This document shows, one piece after another, positions 50,894-61,947 of a stretch of DNA of 64,000 nucleotides. The stretch is from Octopus vulgaris. Lineage: Eukaryota. Location of the stretch: positions 4,278,001 to 4,342,000 of the forward strand of contig OX597834.1 in assembly GCA_951406725.2 (NCBI GenBank), in the 5' to 3' direction. The notes under the pieces are model-generated. The model saw only the letters and a program-made list of their open reading frames with translations. It was not told where the DNA came from and made no database searches. Made by a program: the position numbers and the translations under genes. The stretch's first letter is position 1. Each line of letters begins with the position of its first letter.

Positions 50894-51781
50894 CAAAAGG
50901 GTATCCAAAAGAAACTGGAATTTTGCAATATTATTTTATTCACTTAGCTTAACATGTTTACCCTTTTATTGCCTTCAAAGTATTATCCTTTTGAAGCAAT
51001 GCATCGGTCCAGGCACATTTTCCACTGTTGAAAGCAGTCCTGGAACTCTTGCGAAGTGATGCCTCTTAACACCTCTGTCATTTTTTTTCTTCTCCTATTC
51101 CACATATCCAAAACGTTTTCCTTTAAGGATATTTTTCATTTTGGCAAACAAAAAAAGTCACGGGGAGCAAGATCAACTTTCAAATGTTCTTTCGGTTCAC
51201 AACATGCATTCAGTTGGGACTGCTTTTGATCTTCTGTGGCCAAGAAAAGCACAAATTTTGCCTCAACTCTTTTCATTCACAATTCCTCGCTCAAAATTCA
51301 TTGGCAAGAGCTTCAGGGTATACCAGTCATATCAACAAGTTCATCAATTATTTGGTGATGATTCTACAAGATCAGTTCAAGAATTTTCATGTTTTCATTC
51401 ATTCAAGGATCAAAGGTCACCCTGAACAAGGGTTGGTCTTTAAGTAATAAGTGGCCATCCCCGAGGCATGAAAACCACTTATAAACTTGTGTTTTTGCTC
51501 ATGGCAGAGTCCTTGGAAATTTTTTGAAGCCTGACAACTGTTTTGACCACTGTTTTGAGAATTTCACAGAAACGGAATTTCCTGGAAGCATATCGTTCTT
51601 TCATTTCAACCATTCCAAAAAATCAACAAAGAATGGAGAACCACTGCAAAGCAAAGACACACTAGGTGGCAGTACAACTCCACTGGATGCTGCTGGTCAT
51701 CAAACTGATGGCTGATGGTCATATTGAGTAACTTCTAGCTGTGGAAGAGAACATTTCTGGTTACCTTTGAGTATCTCCTCA
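50894..51781 (-). mobile_element. Decayed mariner-type deletion derivative
   Basis: C-terminal WKKCLDRCIASKG*YFEG on the minus strand; degenerate TIRs GGGTATCCAAAAGAAACTGGAA / TTCTGGTTACCTTTGAGTATCTC. Confidence 0.7.
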
Positions 51782-51874
51782 TACACACACACACACGCAC
51801 ACACATATATAGTGTACTGTTCTTTTATTGGTAGGATTAAAAGCAGTGGAAAATAGAAAGAATTAAAAGCAAAA

Positions 51875-52005
51875 GCAGTTCGGCAAAAAGAGACCGATAG
51901 AATAAGTACTGGGCTTACAAAGAATAAGTCCCAGGGTCGATTTGCTTGACTAAAGGCGGTGCTCCAGCATGGCCGCAGTCAAATGACTGAAACAAGTAAA
52001 AGAGT
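51875..52005 (+). mobile_element. Family A SINE, 3' part only
   Basis: Family match. Confidence 0.85.
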
Positions 52006-52341
52006 AGTCCAGTAAAAGAGGCCAGTGGTTAGTATTGCTGAAAGAGAAAGAATGAAAGAAAAGAAGGAGAATGAAGGACTAGGATTATAGAATTAATAGC
52101 ACCCCTACAGAGATAAAAAGTCTAGCAGTTTCAAGGTCATTGGGTTTAGGAGATCTTAAAGCAGGCATTTGTAAAAATGCAGTTTTGGTGCTAGAAATTG
52201 CCCATGTACACTTATGTCTGTAAATGCATATGTATATGTACATAAACACACTGACCTAACCATAAGCAAAGTCGCATGTGAGAATATTCCCAAATCATAA
52301 ACATCTGTATAATAATCACCTTTTATAAAAAAAATTCGTAA

Positions 52342-52770
52342 AAATGTTTCAGCCTGAAAGCTGCAGCCATGCTGGGGCACCACCGTTGAATGAGCTACAC
52401 TAGTATATGATTCCACCTCTGATACATGGCACTTGGTCAACAAGGGAATTCGACACCGCTGCCCACATCTGTGTTTCCTGCCGAGAAATAGGTTCATCTG
52501 GAACCCCTGACAAGAAGAGATCCAGTTTAGTTTTAAAGAAACCCACATCCACACCATGCAGGTCTCTCGGGCATTTAGGAAGGATATTGAAGAGCTGTGG
52601 TCCCCTGAAACCCAAGCTGTTGCAGTATCTGGTCCTGTATTTTGATGGTGATGTCGGGATCTTTGGCACCATACAGTGGCGCCCCGTTCTGCTGTTGGGG
52701 TAACTTTGAATGCCAAAATTCGGGACATGACCCTCCAGGATTTTTCCAGATGTATATCACTGCATATATT
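52342..52770 (-). mobile_element. 3' end of the CR1/L2-group LINE with an intact tail
   Basis: PSKYRTRYCNSLGFRGPQLFNILP, homologous to 50350-50620; tail GGTGGTGCCCCAGCATGGCTGCAGCTTTCAGGCTGAAAC. Confidence 0.9.
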
Positions 52771-53093
52771 ATGTTAATGAATTGTATGTAGGATGGTGTA
52801 ATTAAACATCTTATTAACAATCTTTCATGTTCTAAATATGTTCTCAAACACTCAAATCCAGACTTAACAACATGGGATAAAATTACAGTTCAAAAATGAA
52901 AATTCACATGGGATTTTTAATACTGCTTATTTGTCAATACATATTTGTATCTAAATATTTTAGGAGCAGATATAAACTTTGGTTGTCTGTAATTTTCATC
53001 CAAATAAACGAAATCATGTTTCCAGTGATTTATAAAATGTGATTGAATGGGATACATTGTTCCATTCATGTACTTTTAGGGTCAATAAACACA

Positions 53094-53318
53094 TACTCTT
53101 TTACTCTTTTACTCCTTTACTTGTTTCAGTCATTTGAGTGTGGCCATGCTGGAGCACTGTCTTTAATCGAGCAACTCGACCCCGGGACTTATTTTTTTTT
53201 GTAAGCCCAATACTTATTCTATCGGTCTCTTTTGCCGAACCGCTAAGTAACGGGGACATAAACACACAGCATCGGTTGTCAAGCAATGCTAGGGGGACAA
53301 ACACAAACACACAAACAC

Positions 53319-53358
<40 letters not shown>

Positions 53359-53520
53359 ATATATATGATGAGTTTCTTTCAGCTTCCGTCTACCAAATTC
53401 ACTCACAAGGCATTGGTCGGCCTGGGGCTATAGTAGAAGACACTTGCCCAAAGTGCCACGCAGTGGGACTGAACCCGGAACCATGTGGTTGGTAAGCAAG
53501 CTACTTACCACACAGCCACT
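53094..53520 (-). mobile_element. tRNA-derived SINE (family A)
   Basis: Family match. Confidence 0.9.
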
Positions 53521-53854
53521 CGAAGGCATTCTATTTGAGTATATAATAATGACATAAGATCCGAATGAAGGTGTGTGTGTATAGATATATATAATCGAAG
53601 GAAATTAAAAGCTGTAAATAAAGTTTCGCAATATCATGAAGAGTAAAAATAAGTTAAAAACCTTTGGCTATCTCAGGAAATATTTAAGGGCTGTTAGGAA
53701 CAATCCATATTCAGTCCCATTGAAATATATTTCCTTCCCCAGGGTTCACATGATGAATTCCTATTCATAGGTAGATATCGAATGATTAAATAATTAAAAA
53801 TATAATTGACAAAATAGATGCAGGACCATATATATATACATAGATGTATCTATG

Positions 53855-53894
<40 letters not shown>

Positions 53895-54156
53895 CTATTT
53901 ATATACGTATGTATTTTTATATATATATATGTATCTGTATATATATATATGTATCTATATATATATATGTGTAGTTGGAATTTACAACAAACAAAACAAA
54001 AGATGAAGACAGGTGTGTAAACAACAAACAGATGTATTAGTTTAACACTCAGGAAGTGAGGAAGTCTTTTACATTTTGAGCCTATGCTCTTTGACAGAAA
54101 GGAACACAGAAATAAACAGAGAAATAAAAAAAGGTTTAGTGGCTAGTGATCAATCA

Positions 54157-54158
54157 CG

Positions 54159-54193
<35 letters not shown>

Positions 54194-54443
54194 CTATGTA
54201 TATATATATATATATATCTATGTATGTATATATATGTATCTATGTATGTATATATATGTATCTATGTATATATATATGTATCTATGTATATATATATATA
54301 TGTATATATATACATACATATATATATCTATATATATATATATGTATATATATACATACATATATATATCTATATATATATATCTGTATATATATATATG
54401 CATGTATATATATATATCTGTATGTATATATATATATATATAT
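54157..54443. repeat. (TA)n-based compound microsatellite
   Basis: Pure low-complexity run. Confidence 0.95.
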
Positions 54444-54689
54444 AAAATTATAAATTAGGGCATCTATGAGATACCACCATGCTGGAAATAGTAGCCATGA
54501 TCTGACTCTAAAACCACCTTAATTGTCCATATATCAACAAGGAGACGAGATGAAACTAGTAAAAAATTACTGGATAATTCTAGGTCTCGCCTCAAGACAA
54601 CACTGATGGAGATTGAAAAAAGCCTGCAACAATCATGTGTGAGGCAGAGAGTAGACAAAGTAGCTGGGTTGTAAAAAATAAGTCAAATC

Positions 54690-55843
54690 TAAGCCTCAAG
54701 GCAATAACAGAGGAATTCAAGACAGGTTGACCCTGGGAGCTCCTCTATGCTGATGACCTGGCCCTCATAGCAGAATCACTACCAGAAATAGAGAAGAAAT
54801 TTCAAGTGTGGAAGCAAGGTTTAGAATCGAAGGGCCTTTGGGTCAATGTTGCAAAGACCAAAGTTCTAGTGAGTAGGAAGGCAAACACATCACACACTCC
54901 TTTAGGTAGGTGGCCCTGCTCGATCTGTAGAAATGGTGTAGGTAGAAACTCCATAAGATGTTCCCAGTGTAAGCTATGGACACATAAGAGGTGCAGCAAC
55001 ATCAAAAGAAGATTAACCGGCAAGATAGCTTTCCTGTGCAGCAGATGTACAGGGACAATAAACACCACAGATGCTCAGAAAACAGATTCCATTACATGCC
55101 AGGGAGAGAAACTAGAAGTAGTTGATAGCTTTCACTACCTAGGTGACCAAGTCTCTAGTTGGGGATGGATGCTCAGAGAGAGTTACTACTAGAATAAGAA
55201 TAGCCTGGGCAAAGTTCAGAATTCTTCTACCCCTACTGGTGACAAAGGGCCTCTCGCTCAGAGTGAAAGGTAGATTGTACGATGCATATGTGCGAACTGC
55301 CATGCTTCACGGTAGTGAAACATTGGCTGTGACTGCAGAGAACATGTGTAGGCTTGAAAGAAATGAAGCTAGCATGATCCACTGGATGTATAATGTCAGT
55401 GTACACACACGACAGAGTGTAAGTGCCCTGAGATAAATGTTAGACAGAAGAAGCATCGGATGTGGCATGGAAGAGAGACGTTTGCATTGGTATGGTCATG
55501 TATTGCGGATGGACGAGGAGAGCTGTGTGAAGAAGTGCCACTCCCAAACAGTGGAAGGAATCCAGGGTAGAGGGAGACCCAGGAAGACATGGGGTGAGGT
55601 GGTGAAGCATGGCTTTTGAATGTTGGTCCTCACAGAAGCAATAACAAAAGACCAAAACCTCTGGAGGTATGCTGTGACTGAGAAGACCCAGCAAATAAAG
55701 TGAGTTCACAGCTGTAACCTACACCAGTGTTGCATAACCAGCCCACTCAAAAATACCTTGACAAAACCTATTGAGTCAAGTCCATCAACTTCAATATCAA
55801 AATCAAATCAAATTACAATCAAATAGAAATTATAGTTGTGATA
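54690..55843 (+). mobile_element. RTE LINE, 5'-truncated: RT end with a Cys-rich PHD-like insert, plus start of the 3'UTR
   Basis: PWELLYADDLALIAES, VNVAKTKV, CSIC..CSQC..H..C..CSRC, FHYLGD, RRLHWYGHVLR, GRGRPRKTW. Confidence 0.92.
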
Positions 55844-55954
55844 GGTAGATAGACAGATAGATAGATAGTCAGATAGATAGATAGGTGGAGAGAGAGGAGG
55901 GATATATATATATATATCTATATATATGTAAATATATACATATATATATTATAT

Positions 55955-57019
55955 TGTTACGCCGTTGGGCGTTCAACTCAACTCAGGATCCTAAGACCCT
56001 AGGCCTTCCGGGTCGATAAAGGGCCCTAAGTCGGCGGCGACAACTACGCTCAGCCAAACGGAAGTCCACCACAGAAAGCAGAGGTGGGCAGTGAACGCAA
56101 GCCAGCAACCGAAGACAACAACAACAAAGGCAAGAGACAGCGGGAGGCAGTTGCTTACATTTAACAATTTATATACTTCACAAAATCAATCAAAACATTT
56201 CAAATCCTTTTAACTACATGGTTAACAGACATTTAACAGACCGTGCACAGAGTTAAAAAAAGAGCAATCAATGGCATTTAGCGAAATACAACGTCCGACA
56301 ACAATCAAAACAAATACAGAATTTGGAAAAAAATCGAAACAAATAGTCTTTCTCTTTCTTTACGTTCAGTTTACAGTCTCTTTCTCTTTCCTTTCCTCCT
56401 CCTTCCAACTCAATGTTCTTTTTCTTTTAGAAACACATCTTTTACAGTTCTTTTAAAAATTTCTTAATTTTCTTTTCAACAGATTATGTCACAGGTTCCC
56501 CATATTTTTACAATCAAAACATCAAAGTTCAAAACACAAAGCGAAACGTAAATAAACAATACCGGCACATATTCCGTCCGCAACACTTTCTGAGCCTACT
56601 ACAAATTTTCATCTTGCTAACTGACCGTCTCTCGTACCTGTCCCTTCACTGTCATCTTCTTTACTTCCTCCCACTCGCCAATTCTCACATTCACTGTCTG
56701 TCTCCCTCGCTTCGCCGCTATCACCTCCTGGCTGGCTGCCCGCATCGACTGGCCGCCTCTTGCCAACTCTTTTCCGGCCTCTCCCTGTCTGATCTACCAG
56801 TGCCCGTCGCATTTAAAGGGTGGAATTTTATTTTTTTTTTCAATTTTCCCTGACTGTGTAGGGATCAGAGATCGCTTCCTAAATGCATTAATTACCGTTG
56901 CCGTTTGCAGGACAAAGGATTTTTTTTTTCCCGTCGTCCTGAACAACTAGAGCGCCGGTTCAACTCCAACCAACGGAACTAGGGCATAATGTTTTCCCGT
57001 TAATTTTGCCTTCATAACA
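55955..57019 (-). mobile_element. Solo LTR (Gypsy-type), ~1.07 kb
   Basis: TGTTA...TAACA termini, ATAT on both sides inside a (TA)n tract, CpG-rich, no coding capacity; strand is tentative. Confidence 0.75.
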
Positions 57020-57034
57020 ATATATATATATATA

Positions 57035-57142
57035 TGTATCAGTTGAATAAAGTTAAAACATGGTCTGGTTTTCATGTTTTTTATTATGATAGTAAAAAAA
57101 CATGAAGTCCAGACCATGTTTTAATTTTATTCAACTGATATA
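57035..57142. repeat. Imperfect palindrome, ~53-bp arms
   Basis: TATCAGTTGAATAAAGTTAAAACATGGTCTGG... / ...CCAGACCATGTTTTAATTTTATTCAACTGATA. Confidence 0.85.
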
Positions 57143-57434
57143 TTATTCTATACACATTCACACAAATTCTAGACAGAAAATATATATAATATATGTATAT
57201 ATTTATATATTTATATACATGGCCGCAGCTCTGAGCTGAAACTAAAAAAAAAAAAAAAAAATACATATATGTATATATATATATGTGTGTCTATATATAT
57301 ATATATATATGTATGTATGTGTCTATATATACATGTGTGTCTATATGTATATATATGTGTGTGTGTGTGTATATATATTACAGAGATGTACTTGCATAGC
57401 AAGTGACCTGATCTGAGATCGTGTACTGAAACAA

Positions 57435-57723
57435 ACACAATTTCAGTGTGGAAGGTGCCTATAAGCCATTGGAAAAAACACAAAAAACAGTTAGATTCAC
57501 TTCAACATCTAAATTTAATTTGCCCAAATATTTTCACTGCTTTGAGACCATGACCTGTTCACTGACAAAATTCAATGCTGCATGGAATTTTGTCAGTGAA
57601 CAGGTCGTGGTCTCAAAGCGACGAAAATAGTTTGGCAAAACTAAATTTAAATGTTGAAGTGAATCTAACGTTTTTTGTGTGTTTTTCAATGGCTTCTAAA
57701 CACCTTCCACATTGAAATTGTGT

Positions 57724-57724
<1 letters not shown>
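57435..57724. mobile_element. Foldback element with ~140-bp arms, Penelope pseudo-LTR-like, with a hammerhead motif in each arm
   Basis: Arms 57435-57573 and 57585-57724 are reverse complements around an 11-nt spacer. Confidence 0.8.
57588..57640 (+). ncRNA. Minimal hammerhead ribozyme motif, G3-C8 variant
   Basis: TTTTGTCA GTGAACA G GTCGT-GGTCTCAAA-GCGAC GAAA ATAG TT TGGCAAAA; 8-bp stem I, 5-bp stem II; the other arm gives palindromic AATATT stem III. Confidence 0.65.
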
Positions 57725-57776
<52 letters not shown>

Positions 57777-57952
57777 GTGTATGTGTGTGTATATATATAT
57801 ATATATATACATATATATGTGTGTGTATATATATATATATACACACACACATATATATGTATGTATAAATAGTCAGACTGAAACATGAAGCCAGTGCTTT
57901 TATATAACCATATTACTGTATTCGAGGTTATGATCACTTTGAATGGTCAAAG

Positions 57953-58125
57953 CAGGGGTTCTCAACCATTTTTTTTACCTATGGGCCCCTTTGATTATGA
58001 TTTTATTGTGGTGGACCTCCATAGCCATTCAATATTTATTAGTCTTACAGAAATTGCTTTCAAAATTCCTCTGTTGTTTTTCACACATTAAGTGTGTAAA
58101 ATATTAGAGTAAGAAACCTCTGAAA
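57953..58125. mobile_element. Partial hAT-type MITE
   Basis: CAGGGGTTCTCAACC terminus; matches the 29134 and 43486 copies. Confidence 0.75.
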
Positions 58126-58246
58126 TAGTGCAGGTGCTCTAACCCTCTGCAATGAAATCTCTCCCTAAACTACATCAAAACCTCCATAGAGTACTCTTTG
58201 TTGACCATCTAACCAGAGGGAACACAGTGGATGTAGATGATGCCCT

Positions 58247-58520
58247 TCATCATCATCATCATCATCTTTTAGCGTCCGCTTTCCATGCTAGCATGGGTTG
58301 GACAGTGCAACTGGGGTCTGGGAAGCCAGATGGCTGCACCAGGCTCCAATCTTGATCTGGCAGTGTTTCTATGGCTGGATGCCCTTCCTAACGCCAGCCA
58401 CTCCGTGAGTGTAGTGGGTGCTTTTTACGTGCCAGACAGGGCTGGCAAATGGCCACGGTTGGATGGTGCTTTTTACGTGCCACCGGCACGGGGGCCAGGC
58501 AAGGCTGGCAACGGCCACGA
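58247..58520 (-). mobile_element. RTE 3'-UTR repeat (family B)
   Basis: Family match. Confidence 0.85.
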
Positions 58521-59016
58521 TTTTTTAACCCTTGTGGTTGAAAAATGGTTACAGGTGAGGAATGGATGGCAAGGTGAATAATTATGAGGAATTATAAATA
58601 TGGAAGAGATAAGAGTAGAGGACAATCAGTAGAAATTGGGTAAAATTGAGGGGTTTATAGGGTGACCAATGATATATTTGTTGGGGGAGGTAGGAGACGG
58701 GAGATGACTGACAGTGCAGAAAAAGTGTCGGGAGAAGTGGGTGTGTGTGCAACGAGAGCAGTTAAAGAAAGGATTGTTTGAAGGCATCCTAGGGGTGGTG
58801 GGGTGTAGATGGTGACTAGTGAAATAAAGAGAGAATGAATGGAGGAGAGCAGAAGACAAAAACAGTGCAAGCATACTGAGTGGGAGGGCTGAGGAGAGCA
58901 GGGATTGAAAAGGAGACTGTGGAGGACAGTGGGTAAATTGCAGCAAGACTCTCCCAGCCATCAGCAATCTCCTTGTTAGAATTCGTCCTTCCATATTTGC
59001 CAGAGAGAAAGCAGAA

Positions 59017-59248
59017 GGTGGCAAGCTGGCAGAAACGTTAGCACGCCAGGCAAAATGCGTAGCTGTATTTCGTCTGCCGTTATGTTCTGAGTTCAAATTC
59101 TGCTGAGGTCAACTTTGCCTTTCATCCTTTCGGGGTCGATAAAATTAGTACCAGTTGTGTACTGGAGTCAATGAAATCGACTTAATCTGTTTGTCTGTCC
59201 TTGTTTGTCCTCTCTGTGTTTAGCCCCTTGTGGGCAGTAAAGAAATAA
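59017..59248 (+). mobile_element. SINE family C
   Basis: Family match; flanked by duplicated AGAGAGAAAGCAG. Confidence 0.88.
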
Positions 59249-59269
59249 GAGAGAAAGCAGGTTTTTTCC

Positions 59270-60600
59270 AGTGTTGCATGGATCACATGTCTTCTCTTTT
59301 GTGAGGTTCAACATCCTACAATCATCTTTCATCACTTCATTACATCCCTTTTTAGATCTTCATCTTCCACAGGCACCATTCACATTGAGCATCCAACATT
59401 GTCTTATGCAGATGTTGCCATCTGCACATCACATGCCCATACTAATGCAGTTGTCTCTATCAGGTTATTTGCACTGCATCATTTGTGCATTTTGATATTA
59501 GACTTCCAGTGAAGCAAGCTCACCTTGTTTTCTTTTTCTAGCCTTCACAGATCCTCTGCATTCAGGGCCTACATCTCACTACGTAGCATTACACTTCACA
59601 TACATGCAACATACAATTTGTTATTCAGACTGAAGGAGAGGCTTTTTGTTGGTAGCAGAGGTTAGTAGTTCCATGAATTTTCTTCACCTCTTTCTTATCT
59701 TGCTAGTTATACTTTCGGAGCACCTACTCTTGCTACTGATTAGGTCACCTTGGTAACAAAAGCTATTGACTGCTTCTAGGGAGCCTTCTGAACAAAGAGT
59801 CTATTTCCCAGGTACATTCGAGCGAGGTCGTTTCCAGTACCGCTGGACTGGCTCCTGTGCAGGTGACACATAAAAAACACCATTTGAGCGTGGCCGTTGC
59901 AAGTACCGCCTGACTGGCCCTCGTGCCGGTGGCATATAAAAGCACCCACTACACTCTCGGAGTGGTTGGCGTTAGGAAGGGCATCCAACTGTAGAAACTC
60001 TGCCAGATCAAGATTGGAGCCTGGTGCAGCCATCTGGTTCACCAGCCCTCAGTCAAATCGTCCAACCCATACCAGCATGGAAAGCGGACGTTAAATGATG
60101 ATGATGATGATGATGATTCCTCCTTGATGCTCTTGCGTACCTGTAAACATACAAAGGCTGCTTTTGTTGCCTACCTGTCCACAATCCCTCCACACTTTTT
60201 ATGCACCCACTTTTACATCTGGTACATTTTATGGAATTTCTGCCCCTTTTTCTTCGTACTCAGCATGGCCAGGTTCTTGACTGCATTAGGGCTTTGTTTT
60301 CTTTTTCACTTATCGTTTACTTTAGTCTCAAGTAAGTTTACTTCAAGGCCTTTCACTACCTCGGTTTGCTTCCATGCCTGGAATTTAATGTCTCACTCTT
60401 CCACAGATTCTGCTATTAAGAACAAAGTCATTAACCTACTGGAGTTCCCGTGCATCACCAGTCTTAGCTCTTTTTATAGCTTGGGGTCAATAATAAACAG
60501 GAAAGGGCTAAAGGTCAAGTCCCCCTCCTGCACACTAAGTTCATCACTACACTCATGCTGACTGCATTTCTGTACAAAGCTTGTATGGCATTAATCCATG
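59270..60600 (-). mobile_element. Decayed RTE RT fragment with a family B copy inserted at 59812-60116 (+)
   Basis: LEAVNSFCYQGDLIS..CSESITSKIR, homologous to 55110-55200. Confidence 0.7.
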
Positions 60601-60879
60601 AATTGTATAAAGGCTTACTTCTGTGTGTGTGTCTGTGTGTGTGCCTGAGTGAATCATATCATTACATTCTGTGCTTCACTTGAAAAACTACAGAGCTATC
60701 TATAAATGTTGGGTTTGTTTCTATTCTTCATGAACAAAACATCTTTAATTTGAAAAACAAATTTGTTTATAAAAAAAAATGACATCCGACCGAAGATAAT
60801 GCTTCAGTGAGGCGTGTCCATCTAATTCAAGCTAGCATGGAAAAGATAAGGTGATGTGCCAACATGTTCAGCAGAAGCC

Positions 60880-61022
60880 ACATGTGGAACCAACTATCAC
60901 TGTCGAAGAGAAATCCTGAAGGTTGTTGACAAGTTCATGCAGTTAGGCGTCACACTCTCCAGATCTGTGACTACTGATGAAGAAGTTGACACACACATTG
61001 TCAAGGGATGCTCAGCATTCAG
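60880..61022 (+). mobile_element. Short RTE (BovB-like) RT fragment
   Basis: LKVVDKFMQLGVTLSRSVTTDEEVDTHIVKGCSAF. Confidence 0.65.
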
Positions 61023-61468
61023 TGTGAGAGCATTCCTCTCCCACACTGCCCCCCCCCCCCCCCAAATACTTCAGTTGCCATTGGTCCCTGACTGCAATCT
61101 CACATCAGATTAATTCTTGTTTGTTTTTGATGTTATTTCTGTTACGTGCAAATACCCTGATCTACCCATGGCTGATCTACCCAATTACGATTGCTTTCTA
61201 GATAATATTTTCTTCTTTGACTTCACTACTACTCCTGAACCTGCTAGCTGCTTATCTCTCCTCTTCAGGTCAACTCAACTCCCCTTCCCTCTCTATCTCT
61301 TTGTCAAATATCCAGTGTCCTATCTCTTAGATACCGTACTAAACACTTCTCCTAATTACTCTCTCCTTGAACTGCAACACGGTAACTTAGTCATTGTTTT
61401 GTGCTAATTTCTACCAATATAAACTTGATATCAATTAACTTTATTTCAATTTATTTTTCTTATTTTAG

Positions 61469-61828
61469 GTTCTTCTGGAAATAAGGATAACCCTTTACCA
61501 CCTGGTTTTAATGTTCCAACTGGTGGTCAGCCTAGCTTCCCTCCACAACCATACGGCCAATCAGGCTATCCACCTCAGGCCTCCCAACCAGGTTACCCTC
61601 CACAACCTTCTCAACCTGGCTACCCTCCACAGCCTTCTCAACCAGGATACCCAGCACAGCCAGGCTATCCAGCACAGCCTTCACAACCAGGCTACCCAGC
61701 ACAGCCTTCACAACCAGGCTATCCAGCACAGCCTTCACAACCAGGCTATCCAGCACAGCCTTCACAACCAGGTTACCCATCGCAGCCTTCACAACCAGGT
61801 TACCCATCTCAGCCAGGCTACCCAGGAG
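61469..61828 (+). CDS. 360-nt phase 1-1 exon, GSSGNKDNPLPPGFNVPTGGQPSFPPQPYGQS(GYPPQPSQP/GYPAQPSQP)n..GYPG; annexin A7/A11-type N-terminal low-complexity region is the best guess
   Basis: TATTTTAG acceptor, GAG|GTAAGA donor, 120 open codons, nonamer repeats with synonymous variation; the track ORF 61511-61912 is the wrong frame. Confidence 0.92.
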
Positions 61829-61947
61829 GTAAGATTTTTATGTATTGATTTCTTTTTATCTATTTTTATAAGAGAGACACAAAGAAAGAGAGAAAGAGGA
61901 AGGAAGAGGTAGTTGAGATTCAATTAAATTAAATCTATTATATTACT

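Noticed and set aside
53745-53785. ATGATGA-hairpin-GATATCG as a degenerate hammerhead
   Set aside because: Needs too many substitutions and has no second copy for support.
58560-58990. 156-aa ORF 58626-59096 as a gene
   Set aside because: It starts inside a family C SINE and runs into what looks like decayed retroelement sequence.
61511-61912. 133-aa ORF with HSLHNQ repeats, and its antisense ORF
   Set aside because: Off-frame shadows of the real GYP-repeat exon; splice phase and synonymous variation support the other frame.
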